A DNA stretch of 64,000 nucleotides from Orbicella franksi (GCA_964199315.1 OZ116708.1:27776001-27840000), one strand, 5' to 3'. Counted from the first letter of the stretch, positions 44,701 to 58,809 are shown. The notes: generated by a model not told the origin, from the sequence alone. Translations and numbers: made by a program.

Positions 44701-47700
44701 TTAAGTGTCCAATAGCTTTCCTGTTTTCTGACTGGCTGTTTCTTTTTATGGCATGGGTATAGAACATATCATGACGTAATTTACTGAACGCATCTATGAA
44801 CAACGTACGAGCAATGATGACAAAGCCAGTGTATCTCCAGTGTAAGCCAGCCCAACCTTGTGGTGCGCCATAATTTAAACATTTCTAGTAGTGTAGTGGT
44901 TTACCTTGCTGCAGGTTTCGGTGCTGCTGCTTTCTTCATTGTCGATTCAGCTTGAGGGTTTTGTTCTACTTCAGGAGGAGGTTCTGGGTAAAAGCAAATA
45001 CACACAATCAGTTGATACCATGCCTAAAGGTTAACCTGTTAACACGTGCGCCGTGAGGGAAAGGGTGAAAAAAGAATCGGCGGGCGGAACGAGCCAAGAG
45101 GAGGCTAGAGTGAAATATCTGCGAGAACAAGCTTGGCCTCAGAGATTTTTTGTTTGGCCATTATCCATCCCCAGAGGGGCGAGGAGAAAAAAAACCTTTG
45201 CATCGTAAAGGATGGCACTGAACGAAAAAGCGACACCTAGACACAAGATACCTAGTGAAGATGCTTTGTTGCCGAACAGACTTTGCCGTCGGACTCACAG
45301 ATTTCGTCAGAAGAGACGAGATGATCAGGTCAGAACTTGATCTCTTAATTTCTTAAACTGGGGCACTCCGGCTGTTCTAATAATAACCAAATCGGCACTA
45401 AATAACGATTACGCGGCTCAACGCAATAGGCTGTGATTGTCTAGCTGGATTTTGGTCTTAGAAGGGTAGCTTCCTTTTAATGCAGCCACGACAAAGAGTT
45501 GGTTTGACTTGGAATACTCGAAAATATTCAAACTCCGTTCGTAAACAGTAAAAGCACCCGAAAAACGTTTAGATTGTGTGGCTAATCTTCACTTTCCTGT
45601 GGGATAAACCCTCGCGGAAACTACGTGGAAAGTGATCAGTATTCATGAAAACTTGCAAAGAAAACAAATCAAACAACTATTCACTAACGATCTAATGGGA
45701 TAAGCGAACACCGACGCTAATCAACGTTTGTGTGGCTCATATCGCAAATGGCTGTGACTGGCTAACTGGACTTCGAATAAACTGGCGGAACGGTCTAAGA
45801 ACGGCGCCATTCCCTTCAAAAATTGAGTTCAACATGAAAAACTCGAAAATATTCAAACTTGTTTGTAAACGACAAAAGGTATAAAAAGAACGCATAGATT
45901 ATGTCACCAATCTTCAACGTTGCTTGATGAAGCGCACGGAAATCATCTAGGAGGTGAGCTGTTTTCATGACAACAAATAAACAAAACAAACAGAATTGAA
46001 AGCAATATGTAAATATCTTAATGTGATCAAAGGTGTTCCATTGTACATGGACAGGTGAAGCCAAGTGGTTCCACAGTTCCTGTCCATTGCACGGACAGAT
46101 GATTCAGAAAACATCAAACTGAGTTCACAGTTCAACTTATGTGAATTTAAGCGGATTGGAAACATAACCAGGTTGTCGTTATCCAAACATGATTCAACCA
46201 ACGATAGTTTTAAGGGATTAACAGGAACAATAGCTGTCAACGAGTTCGTCGCAAACGTAATTGAATGGTTCAAGAATATGTCACCAACTCGAAAAGAACA
46301 AAAGGGAAAGTATTAAGCCGCGAAAAAAGTTTTCCAGCTTGAATTCCTGTTGCTTAGCAACAACCTGGTTTACCAAACAAGAAGTACAGATCACGGTTGT
46401 GGTTAGCTTAAAGAGAAAACTCTGAAATAAATATCAGAGAAATGGTGTGCAGTTGCTCTTACGAAATCTAATAACTAAGCCAAATCAAAAAGTGATTGCC
46501 AAAAATAAATAATAAAATATATACAATTGTGTGCTAACACAATGTCCATTCTCCGAGTCATCCATTGTACATCAAAAATTACTGAAGCGTTGTAAATAGC
46601 CATATTGAAATAAAACAATGTAAGCTGAGGCGAAATGCAGTAGTTTATGCAGTACATTGTTTTATACAGGGGAGTGTTACAGGAAAATAGATAAAAAAAT
46701 AAAGAGCTCAACCGAAATAGAGCCGTATTTTGGTGACGAGTTCTGCTGTTCATCATTTTCTTATGTCAGAATGTAGCCGAAGTGACTTCTTGGAGTGCCT
46801 TCATTAGCAACAAGCAATTTCGTAAACTTACTTTGTAAATCACTTTATACGTATATTTTGGCTATGAGCACTTCATCAATCTAACCGCCCATATTCTTGT
46901 AGACGTTTTAAATTGTTACAAATCCTTATAAATGAAGAACATGTTTCATTTTCAACTAAGATGCACCCTATTATAACCATTTTGCTATTTTGTTGAATTA
47001 TCAAAATCGATTGTACATAACTTTTGACATTTACGCGTTTGTGTATTTGAACTGAAAAATGATCTTCAAGTTGGAGATAAAACTAGTAATTTCATAACTG
47101 CATCACATGATGAAATTTGCAAGGATGGACTAAATAACGGCCTACCCACTAAACAGTGAAACTTACGGGGGAAGGGTGATGGAAACCAATATTAGCAAAT
47201 TGGAAGCGATTGTATTGATAATAAATTCACAGTAAATTATGATGCCATCGCGCTCTTAGAGCTTCATCGCATTAGTATAGTAACATTTAACAAAACGAGG
47301 CTATCAGTTTTAGTTGTAAATATGTCTTGTGGACTTTGAGGTCACGCTGAAGATAACGACTTTAAATGTCCCCTAAAATATCAATAAGATGCCGGCGAGC
47401 TATAAGTTCAATACCGTGTCAATTCACCTGTTACCTGTTCGTCAAATGATGCGATGTATCTGAATATAAGTTCTGTCAGAGAATGTCTAGAGGACAGACT
47501 TTTCAAATACATTTTACTATCATTGAGTAGAAATTACAAGGTTGTTTTCAAAAGAGTGTCTACGAGTTAAAATGACTTTGAGTAGATAACTATGAAAGCA
47601 AGTGTGGAGATGTTAATCGAACTAACCGAAATATAACGTGTTTGATTTCTGGTCAACACAGTTTAGATGAAGAATAACTGTTCATTTAATGACAGAGCTA

Positions 47701-49518
47701 GTAGAAGCTGAGTTGTTTTATCTACTGTCTTTATTTACTTTATATTAGCATATGTGTAAAATAACAACACTTTTCGTCGCTGTTAACATTTTGGGTGTTA
47801 CTTTGTAAACGTTTTTTAAGACTCCGGTTAAATTGAAAGCAGGAGTTTCAAAACCTCTTCAATATGCTTGTTTTTATGATAAGCAAATTTTTGTGCGTGT
47901 TTTAGCGGCATGCTGTTTTACACGTACACTTTCACAACGATTTCCCAACATATTCTGTTCCGCAAAGAGCAGAGGAAATAGCAGTCACCTACAGGAAAAT
48001 GCTAAGTTTAAATTTATGCAAATAAGCCATCAGCTAGTAAGTAAATTAGCCATTTCACCCTGAGTAGATTTTCCTAGATTTTGTATATATTGGTAAGGGA
48101 CAATTAAAGAGTTGTTTGGCTCAGACAAAATTTTGTTGTCAGTTGTTAGAGTTCTAGTTATGCTGCCATTTTGAAAATATGCAAATTAGTTGTAAGTAAT
48201 CTCGCAAATGTAAGTTGTGTTGATTCTTGATCTGTTGATTAGGGAAACAGAGTTATTTGGAGAAGAAAAACCTCTTGCAATTCGCGCAAGATCTAAGCAT
48301 ACAGCGGGTGGAAAATTGCGTCAAAATATCTTCTGTAATCAAATTAAAACGGAGACAAAATCAAACGCCGGCAATACACGGGAAATTTCGAAAAATTCGC
48401 TCTCGTTGAAAACACTATAAATAATGCATCGCAAAATGGCTGACTTCTCGCCAGCTACAATTTTCTGTTCAAGACGTTGACAGTTATAATGGATGCCAAA
48501 CATTCTGTTTCGCTCAACAAACGTGACCCACGCTAGAAATAAGGTGTACGTAAAAGACACAAAAGACAGCAGTCACCATCTGACACTTCTGCTGCATAAC
48601 CGATAGTTAACAAAAATAAACAGAGCCAGAGGCAGAGAGCGAGCACTCAGAATTTTGAAATCCGCCATGGCCGTAAACCAACATGCAACCTTAATGCGAG
48701 TGACTGCCGTATTCGCGAGCGCAAGTATATGAAATTTCTCTCTTTCAAACGCTTTGCATTTTCTAAACGCGTCGAAGGGGTCAAATTTATCGCCACTAGG
48801 GAAAAACATTGCCGCGCTTATTATATGATCAAAGGGATTATATAGATTCAATTCTACTTACATTAAACACCAAAAGTATGATTTTTGTCTCCTTTCTGAG
48901 TTTCCAGGCTCTGGACGTCGGAGATATCGGATACTTTCAAAGCAAGATTTGGTAAACTACGGTATAAAGTTCTGCCTAATCTTCTTCTATTTACCGGTTG
49001 CTATGTGTTCATCTGGTAAATTAATGCGACATGCAGCTCAATGAAGTATTATTTTCGATGAAACGAAATACTGTAAACTGAATCCCTTACTTGACTATAC
49101 TAGTCCTTGATAAATCTGTAATCTCAGGCTTGCTATATCCTGACCTTTTCCTGCTAGGATTGATGACAAAACGCGTGCGCAAATCTGTTGCAAATTCGAT
49201 TGAATTTACAATGTCCGGCGACCTCTGCTCCAGAGAAAGCGACAGTCGTTCTAGTAAATGTTCAAGGAAATTGGCTCAAATTCCACTTGCTTTAACACAA
49301 TATTTGCGATTAGTTTTGCTGAGTTCCCAGGTGCTGTGATAGATATCGGAAACGAGGAGTTTTACCGAGTTGAAGGATATCGTTGCTATGCACTCCGTCT
49401 TGCATATTCAAGCCGTCACGCAGCGCGAACCAAGTATTATAATTTACGACAAATGAAATAAGTTGAGTCTCTTACCTTTCGCCGGCGGAGGAGAAAGTTT
49501 CGAGCCTCCGCAACCCAT
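41753..49518 (-). CDS. CK: Two-domain creatine kinase, flagellar/membrane-targeted type, 791 aa, 3 exons
   Basis: Exons 49518-49476 ([14 protein letters not shown]), 44983-44905 ([26 protein letters not shown]) and 44006-41753 join in frame. Two complete phosphagen kinase domains, each with [38 protein letters not shown] and GGVDT (creatine-type specificity loops). Confidence 0.95.
46349..46361. promoter_or_regulatory. RFX X-box-like palindrome GTTGCTTAGCAAC in CK intron 1
   Basis: Perfect half sites GTTGCT/AGCAAC with a 1-nt spacer. Confidence 0.3.
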
Positions 49519-52500
49519 CACAGCTCTTGGTAAATTCCTTAACCACCCCGATAACTTAACTTTGGTAGGCCAGCTGATTTCTATTCCTGACTGATTGATG
49601 ACAAGCAGCGCGCGAAACTACGTTCTAAGTTTCTTAAATGGTAATACGTCACAAAACCAAATTAATGCTAATCAATGGCCCAAAGGTTGTAACAGGATTG
49701 CCAATGAATTTTCAACAATATTGAGTTGCATAATAGGTCCTTTGCAAAACCTGCCAGATGACTTCTGAAATCTTAAAGAAGACGGTTTTAGTACAAAATG
49801 GAATACCGAAGTGGAGAAAAAGTGATGGCTTGTTATTTGTAAGGTTGCAACTTTGACTATAGAACTCGTGGCGTTGTTAGTAAGGCAGTTAAAAAACATT
49901 CTAATTAAATAAATTAATATTTGAGTGGAAATGTTGAAATGGTGTTCTTTTTACTTTGTAATAAATCCGTTCACTGACTAATCTTGATCGATATAGGATG
50001 ATACTGGCCTCGTTTTTTTTTCGTGCGTGATCATCACGCGGATTATAGACTTCGACCGCGTCTCGGTCCATAACCACGCTAACTTGACCTTACGCTTGAG
50101 CAATAACGCATATCTTTAATTTGCTGCATCATCAGCATACTGTACACCAATCTGCATAACTTGAACGAAGAATAAGTTTACAGAACAATCTTTGAACGCT
50201 ATAGTTAGTAAATGAGCAGCGAAAGCTGATATGATTCTTGATGATTTGATGGCTACTCAGATCTCAAGAAGTGTAGTGAAACTTGACCGAGCATAAATCC
50301 GTCTAACTGACCCAAAATCGAGTAAATGTGAACTCTATCACGATATCATAAAACCAGGGATTTCGAACTTCAGCTGAGGTAACTTTATAATAAAAATACG
50401 CAACTGCAGTGCAACTGCAGGTGCGATATCAGAGACATACAAACAGTCTCGTTATCTGCAAACATTCAGGTATACATTGTTCTTTCAGTTTTATGCATAC
50501 CAAGATATCCATTACTTGTTCTAATCAGACCACCGGAAATCTAATGACAGACCTTTACATTGTTGTTTAAAAACGTTATTCATGCAAGAAAACAAAAGAG
50601 GTCTTAACTCTATGACAAGTGAAGACTAAGAAACAGAAGAGGTATTGCCCAATGCCTACAAATTATAAGCCGTGGTCTGTATGATATTAATATTGCTTTG
50701 TGCGTTTAATCGTCTTGAAAACGAATATTCAGCTTGTTCCATTAGCTTGTTCGCTCTCTGTTATACGTTTCTCTGCTAAAGTTGTCTTGAGGGCCGGGTT
50801 CTCGTTCTTGCTTTTCAAGCAACAAATCTACTTGTTTTACTGCAAATAAACAATCCTACAACAGTTCAATTTGATTTTGACATGAAAATTGTGTAACAAC
50901 CAATCAGGTGCGAGATGAAAGCGCAAGGAAAACAAACAGATGGAGAGGATCTTGATTGGAGCTGAAGAGGACCAAATTCAAGATGGCGTCCGGCTAGGAT
51001 GAAGCATCTTGAAAACTTCATCACTTTTCTGCATGAATTAAGGAAGCAATACAGAATTTAATTGAACTATCGGGAGAGAAAACTATCCAGTTCTCGTCGT
51101 AAAGTTGTAAAACCGCTCAATGCAAGTCTAAGATTAAAGAAATATTGTTTACAAGTTTATACGTACCCTTAGTGTCAGAGGCTCTTATCCTCTTTATTTC
51201 ATTTCATTCACATTTGAGTATCCCATCCAAACTGCAGTCGATCAGAGCAGTTATTCATTGCTGGCGACTGTTTAATGGCTTGGACATGACGGATAAAAAC
51301 TATTCTCTGTTGTTCGATATTATGGATAAACACAATAAGGGACCGGCGTTTTCTCCCCTTCTTTTCAGAATTGTCGTTTTCTTTGTGAAACATTAGTCGT
51401 GTCTTCCTGATGCCGTTATTTATCACCGATATATCGCCATACATGTATTAACCCGGAAGTGGTTCCAAAACCGATAAATACATCCATATGTTTGATAACC
51501 TGAAGAGCCATTTATCGTTTTCGAAGTGCCGATCATCCCAAAATTAAAAAAATCTTGTCATGTGCCGACAAATGGACATTTGACAAGCCAAAATTTTGAC
51601 ACGATAAGGGGTACCGTACGCGTGCTCGAACCGCTTGTAATATAAACCGAGCTTCTAACTGACTCCTGAAATGTTTACATCGAATATAGAACGCGCTTGC
51701 AGGACGACCTGTTTCCACTTTCAATGCACCCGCTGATGTTTGAGGTTAACTTAGTTTCGATAGCTAGTTGACTATTTTCACTGTCACTGAAATGAATAGC
51801 GAATATTGATTCGACACATTCAACGCTCACCGGCCACTGAACGTATCAGACTCCGCTCCGAATGGGAGCTTCAATCCAGTGACATTCAGTGAAAAACGAA
51901 CGAGAGGGAACCAACAACGTTTACCATTCTTTTGATCATATTAAAAATGCGTAAACAAGTACTAGCTGGGCAAGATGAACGCTTCGCCGATGCCGGTTGC
52001 TGCAAGGCTGTTCTTTTTTGTTCAGTACCTCTGTAACTCAAATTGTACTACATATCTTCTGAACAGATTTGGGATATTTTTTACTTTCACGGCTTAGGAG
52101 AAACAGCCGAGACCGAGTCAAACAAGGGAGGTAAACGAACCCGGAGAAGTTATGGTCGAATTCGGTCGACAGGATGTTGTTAAGGCCAATAAAACATTTG
52201 GTGCACCTTTACTAATTCTCAGCGTATATTAACCCTAGCTTACCTTGTGAAGATTTTAGCCTGATAGTATATCCCGACTGAAAACTCCAGCACACCTTTA
52301 GTCGGTCTCCGTACTGTAGTTGTGATGAATTATTGCAAGCGACGCTGTACTTATCTTACACAAAAAAAATCACTCAACCATATCATGGACCATATTTGTA
52401 TACATTATTAATGATCTGTGCTCTCGAGTATGATGCTTTTCGGCATGGCGATTGGTTTTCAATGTTTGGCCTTATTCTCCTCATGTTTAACTAAAATTTT

Positions 52501-53246
52501 GGATCGTTGTAGTTAACTATTTAGTGAACGCAACAAACTTTCCGTGAACAGTTGCTGACAGCGTTAATAATTCAAGTTTCACAATGGCCCCAGGAATAAT
52601 GCCACTTACATTATTGCAATAATTGTTACGGATATCTCCGAAACATAATACAAGGTTTTCCGCCAAAGTGATCTCTTGAACGTAAGTCAGTAAATTCTGA
52701 TCGCGAAAAATGTGGTCTCAATGACTATTTCTCCACTTTTCCATACGTCACGCAACTGAAAACCGCGCGTAAAGTGAGTGTAAGCCATAAGTAAGCTATA
52801 AATTCTAGCATGCAAACTTAACTGTGGAGACAGATCTAGAGAGCGAAGTTTTACAAATAGTTTGGCCAGACCTCATACTATTTTTGTTTATTCTGTCCAT
52901 CGCTCTGATGACTCTACTGATAAGTAAAAGTATTTGGGACGAGGTACACAAGTCATTCGATGATCTGACCACTCAAATATTGATCAAAGGTCTATTCTGT
53001 TATCCTGATAGAGAAATTCAGGGTGTAGTCCGCAAGAGTGGTCTGTAGGGGAGCCCTTGTGGTTGTCCGTGATCCGTTCCGTTACGGGTAGATAAAACTA
53101 AGGTTTTGATGTACTTATGCTTACGCTTATGCTTGCGTCGTGGCTGTCTTCTCTAGAGCATCGCTAGTGAGTCCCTCGGTCCCTAGGAGACCCGAGGGAC
53201 TGGTATATACCTGCGAGAGACTGGACCCTCTAGCCGACGATCCAAG

Positions 53247-56200
53247 ATGGCGGCTTTTCGAACAGTGCCTGAACGACTTTTGAGACCTGTTGCACGTGCA
53301 TTGTCTGCAAGAAACAGCGACTTTCTTGCTTCCAAAGCCACCCTCGGCAGACCTAGGATGTATCGTGCTGCCCTGTGCAAGGAGCTGGGAAAACCTCTCG
53401 TGGTAGAACAGGTGCCTGCAGTGGAGAAACTAAAGGCGTCCCAGGTAAGCAGACACGATGTGAACTTGTTGTGCTGTGTTTTTTAATGATATGATTTTTG
53501 TTTTTGATTCTTGGCTTGATTGAAAGTCCAACACATACGTTACATTTTTCATTAATCAATAATTTGCATATGGATATCTGGGATGTCATCAAATTCTCCC
53601 AATTAGTATTAACAAATGTATAGAGACAAGTAAAGAGAATTTGTATGTCTCCCAATAAGCTAATAATTCACGAGGAAGTAGGGCGTCAGTCACAAATATA
53701 CATGTATCGCATTCTTCCCACTATCACAAATAATAAGCAATTGCGGGTATATCTTGCTGGTTGCAGGCTGCAGGTTGAAAAGATCTGAGGTGAAGTCGAA
53801 TAAACCTCATTATAATCTATCAAATTTTTACTTGCGCATGATTGGTTTAAATGCGTCACGTGATTGAATATTCCCCAGCCAAACCTGGGGAATATCCAAG
53901 TGATATTCCCCAATTTTCAAACCCACATGTGAACATTGCGAAAAAAAAAAAAAAAAAAATTAATGGATAATAAACATCACCTTACCTTACCTTAGGTCAG
54001 AGTTGCTGTTCATAGTTGCGGCATTAACTTTGCTGACATACTCATGTGTCTTGGAAAATATCAAGAAAAACCACCATTGCCATTTACTCCAGGCAAGTAT
54101 TAGCCAGAAAAAGAGGAAAATGTGTCTCTTTGTGGACATATATCATTTCTCCCTGTCTGTCTGTTTCCCTAGCTAGGTCTATTTTTTAATTTGTTTTGCC
54201 TGTGTTTGTAGGTAACGAAATTGCTGGAGTAGTGATTGAAACTGGAGAAGGTGTAAAGCAGCTGTCAAAGGTGATTACAATATTAGCAAAAACACCTCTC
54301 ATACCCCAAAATGGATACCTAACAGTATGGTTCACAGGGATGTAACTAAGGCCAGTTGCCAGAGTGACCTGTGTTATATACGAGCATCCCATCCAGGTGG
54401 AGCCTTCTCATGTTATGAAATGAAAATTTTAGTGTGGACTACTTTGACTAAAGTGTTGACTTTGTACTATAACAAAGGGGTAACATTTCTTGGTTTGGAT
54501 TTCCTGGCAGGGTGACAGGGTATTTGGACTGGCAGCACTGGGTGGATTTGCTGAAGAATGCATTGTTGAACAGAGTGTGAGTTCTGAAATTATTATGATG
54601 AGAATTTTTGTGCAATAGAACTCCCCCACTGGTCCAGGTACAATGACCATGTTTTAACTTTAGCTGACAATTAAGCAAGTTTGTTCTCTCAAATACAACA
54701 GGGAGATTTTAGACTTCTTTGTGCTTTAAGACAGTCCATCTTAGCAGTCTCTATAAAACCTTTTGATCTGTATAGGAAATAAATCAGAATGTTATGGCCT
54801 TTTCTTTGTGTGCTAGCTTAATGACAATGACTTTTTGTTGTCTACAGGGTCTGTGGAAGATTCCGTCCAATATCGAGTACAATCAGGCTTCTGCATTTGC
54901 AGTTTCTTATGGCACAGCATATGTAGGCCTGACCAACAAGTCCAATACACAGCCTGGGTAAACATGGTTGGTTTAAGTTACAGTGGAATTCCGATTTCTC
55001 AAACTCTTGATTTTTTTGAAACTCCAGATAACTCAAACCAAAGTAGCTTTCCTCTCCTCGGTCAAACTCTGTAATAATAGTTTACCCCAGATTTCTCAAA
55101 CTACTTGTCTGAGTTGATTTTTTAACCAATTTTTGTTTCCCTTGTAGGTTTGAAAAATAAAGATCTCACTGTATTTTGAAACCAACCACAAAGTGATTAT
55201 TTGGTTATCAAGTTTTAATTTGTAGCTCCTGTTGAAAAGAGTTTTTTTTTTTTACTTGTTTTCTGTGAAAAGAATAATATTGTAATTTTTTGTTATCATT
55301 CTAGCCAAACAGTTTTAGTCACAGCGGCAGCAGGAGCTCTGGGCTTAGCCACTGTTGACATCGCAGCCAATGCACTGGGAGCCAAGGTACATGTATGTAA
55401 GGTGGAGATGACCCTCACTAAAAGCTAAAAATTAATTAATCTTTCCCTTGTATTATTCTGTTGTAAAATTTTCGAAGATGCCATGGGAACACAAAACAAT
55501 CATCAGCTGATGGTTCTTCATTTGTTTCCTGGTCTATCAAACTTTTGACAAAGAAAAATTGTGACAGGTATGGCTGGTGTAATGGAAAGGACGTATTACT
55601 GTAGATTGAGGAGTCACAGTCACAGTTCAGAGTGCATGAAGAGATCCCTTTTCATAGGCAGTCTGAGCCCAGACATTGATTACAATCTACTCATGAAAAG
55701 TGTTGTTCTCTTTGAGGTTATCGGAGCTGCAAGCAAGGACAAACTTGATGTTGTTACAAGTATGGGAGCCTCAGCTACAATTGACTATAACAAGGAGAGT
55801 ATAAAAGACAAGGTATTATACACTTATGTATTATTTATAAAAGCTTTTTAGCTCTGGGTGGATGTAAGAATTCTCATAACTGCCTGACTTCTGCTTAACT
55901 AGCTGAACTGGTTCAGTTTAAAAGTACTTTATTCTCAGTGGTGAGAAGTTGGACAGCATTACAGTAATCACTTCCTGGGGAAGCAGGGAGGGATAATTCT
56001 GCCGGGGGTGGGGGGAAATGTCAGCAGCACAAGAATTACTTGTAGAATATACTCCCAATATTCCATACCTTTTTCAATGCCCTTACTATCCCCCTAAAAA
56101 AACAAGGACATGTGCACAAAAATTTTCCAGTCGATAGATTTTTTAAGATTTTTACTGCAGTCAGATAATGAGTTCCTTGTATCGGAAATGAAAAAAAATT

Positions 56201-58809
56201 GGCCATGATAATAAAGCGTGTAGAAAACTACCCTGATTTTGAACTAAAAGAGCTAAAAAGAATGGAATTCAGTGGTGCATGTTGCAAAAAATTCAAACTT
56301 CTAATGGATAGATTTTCTTTATTTTTTCACTAAATGTAGAAAATCAGTAGAGAAAATGATCCATCAAAAGAAAAATAGGGGTCATCGAATGTCCAAGATC
56401 ATTAATTTAAGGCGAAGCTATAGCAAATTATGGCCATCTGCGCTATCATTGTTTGTTTTATTACTTAGTGCGCGCTCGATGCATGACATGGCATGTGAAA
56501 TTGCATGTGCAATAAGGATGCGCAGAAACAATTAGCATGAACGTCCTTAAGCTTAAAAACCAAAAAAATATCCTCCCCCCAAAAATTTCCTGCTGAGATG
56601 TGTTTTAAAGTCTGAAGTCCGTAGGCCAACAATCCTTTATGTCTTCTTGACTCTTTTATCCTTTATTCCCTGGGGGTCACTACAGTTAGCTAGAGTGCAA
56701 AATTTAATTACTGGCAAATATGATCAAACATTTTGGTATTGTTATTAATATTCTCTGTACCAGGTCAAAGAACTAACAGGAGGGAAAGGGGCAAATGTGA
56801 TCATGGAAGCTGTTGGAGGACAGGTTTTTACTGAGTGTCTGAGATGGTAAGGTATCAAAATTAAAATCTTTCACAGTTTTGCCATATGGAGCACTTAGAG
56901 TAACAATCAAGTGTGTCTGTCCATTTGTCCATCCTGCCATCAATCAGTCAGTCCATTTCTAGTCTGTCCATCAGTCAGGCTGTCAGAGGCAAACAGATCT
57001 CTTAAAATGGGTATAGGCTGTATGTATGTAATGTTTGTTATGATTCTCTGATGTTTCTCTAACAATAACGGAAGTGAGCCTTTCGAAGAGAGATTCTTTT
57101 TTTTTTTTTGGTTCAGGTCGTGATACACCAAACCATGCACTGACATCATAACCCATGAAGACTTATTTGAGCTTCCAAACAGTCAAGTGAAATGAATGTT
57201 AGTTTTAGCTTTACTGACATGTTGTTACTAATAATTTATAATTTGTGACTTTTTCTTCTTATCTAGCATTGCATGGGGAGGAGTCGTTCTTCCAGTTGGC
57301 TTTGCTTCAGGAGATATTCCACAGGTACATGTATCTAGAGATGAATTTAGCTCGTGTATGGTCCAATGATGAAAGATGGAGAAAATTTACACCACAGACT
57401 AATAATAAAATTTCTATTTATGACAACATACCAGTGATCATTGGCTGCATCATTGATCATTATAATGCACTCACACTCACTAAGAAGAAACTTGCAATCC
57501 AATTGTCTGTTCTGAGGCTTTATTTAGAAAATTGAAGTTTGAAGGGGGCTTTGCCACATAATAATATGATAATATGAAAAGAAATTTGCTCATGATGGCT
57601 TGCAGTTCTGAATATTGTTGAATAATTTTTCAGATCCCAGCAAATGTTCTCTTGGTGAAAAACTGTTCAGCTGGTAAGTTGTATTTACTCATCTCAATTA
57701 TGTAAAAGGTTATATATCAAAATATATAGTAGACACAATATGTATGCATTGCAGACCTTTATTTAAGGAACCTTTTCAGTCTTAATACCTGGACTGATCA
57801 GGTCTTTTTCTAGAATTGATACATTTGATGGCTTATTAAGTTGCAACATAATCTGCGAGATCTATATTTTGTAACCAGCTGAGTGTTTGTTTTTTCTTTC
57901 TTTGTTTTTACAGCCGGTTTGTTTTGGGTAAGTACTGCTTATTGTAAAGACTTTATTTTCCATACATGTATGTGCTTATAGTCATTTAAACATTACATGT
58001 ATATTAAAAAAATTAATTTTTGTTAATAAACTTACTGTTCTTTACACCATTCAATATCAATAATTTGCAGCAATCTTTTTCCTTGTACTTTCATTAGGGA
58101 TCCCACATGAAGCACAACCCAGCACTTCTGAAAGAGTCTGTAGATAAATCTTTGGAGTTACTTGTGCAGGGAAAGCTCAAAGGACCACATATTTCTGGAG
58201 AATTTGAACTAGACCAGGTACTTACAGCTGTTGTTTGCAGAGATAGACTTAAGACAATCAGTGTAAGACCTAAATAACCTCCAACACAGAATCTCTTTGG
58301 CCTCATCGAGGAAAGACTGCATGATAAGCCGAAAGATTGCCTGCCTAGAAGAGCTACACAAGACATAAATTTGATTATAAAGGCCTCATGGTTTAGTTCC
58401 AGAAAATATCCATATTCCCTCCACAGAAGGGATTGGAATTTCTTGGGGGGTGGGGAGGGGGAGTTCTCTAAAATTAAAACATTTAAAAAATTATTGGAAT
58501 TTCCGGAGGGTTGGGGGATGGGGAGGTATGAATATTTTCTGGAACTACACATTTCTAAAAGACATCTATCTCTACTGCCACATTCTACCAAAGAATAGAA
58601 AGTATTTTTATACCACTTTTAATTATTGAAAGAGTTCAATAATGAAACAGAAAATACATTTTGTTTTTTAGTTTGTTATATTTCATCTGTAATTTATTTT
58701 GCAACAATGAGACTTGCTTCCATTTGATTTATCCCTTCAGGCAAATGAAGCTTTCAAGTTTGTGATGCAGAGAAAGTCGACTGGAAAAGTTTTAATAAAA
58801 ACAAGATAG
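53247..58809 (+). CDS. CRYZL2: Quinone oxidoreductase-like protein 2 (MDR/zeta-crystallin family, NADPH-binding) with Arg-rich presequence, 13 exons
   Basis: Exons 53247-53444, 53996-54092 (VRVAVHSCGINFADILMCLGKYQEKPPLPFTPG), 54212-54270, 54511-54576, 54848-54957, 55305-55386 (VLVTAAAGALGLA), 55717-55812, 56764-56846, 57267-57324, 57634-57673, 57914-57927, 58098-58217, 58741-58809 (RKSTGKVLIKTR*). Phases are consistent. Confidence 0.88.
54981..55171. mobile_element. TA-flanked MITE in CRYZL2 intron
   Basis: TA-CAGTGGAATTCC ... GATCTCACTG-TA. Confidence 0.55.

Noticed and set aside
46056-46316. 83 aa plus-strand ORF inside CK intron 1
   Set aside because: No ATG start and no recognisable domain; length is within chance expectation.
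50900-53100. Fragmentary frames between CK and CRYZL2 (e.g. MDVFIGFGTTSG, WKSGEIVIE)
   Set aside because: Short, stop-interrupted and unassignable; possibly decayed transposon sequence.
53960-53995. (CCTTA)3 acceptor without a long pyrimidine tract, resembling a U12 branch site
   Set aside because: The donor is standard GTAAGC and the motif lacks the TCCTTAAC core, so it is treated as U2.
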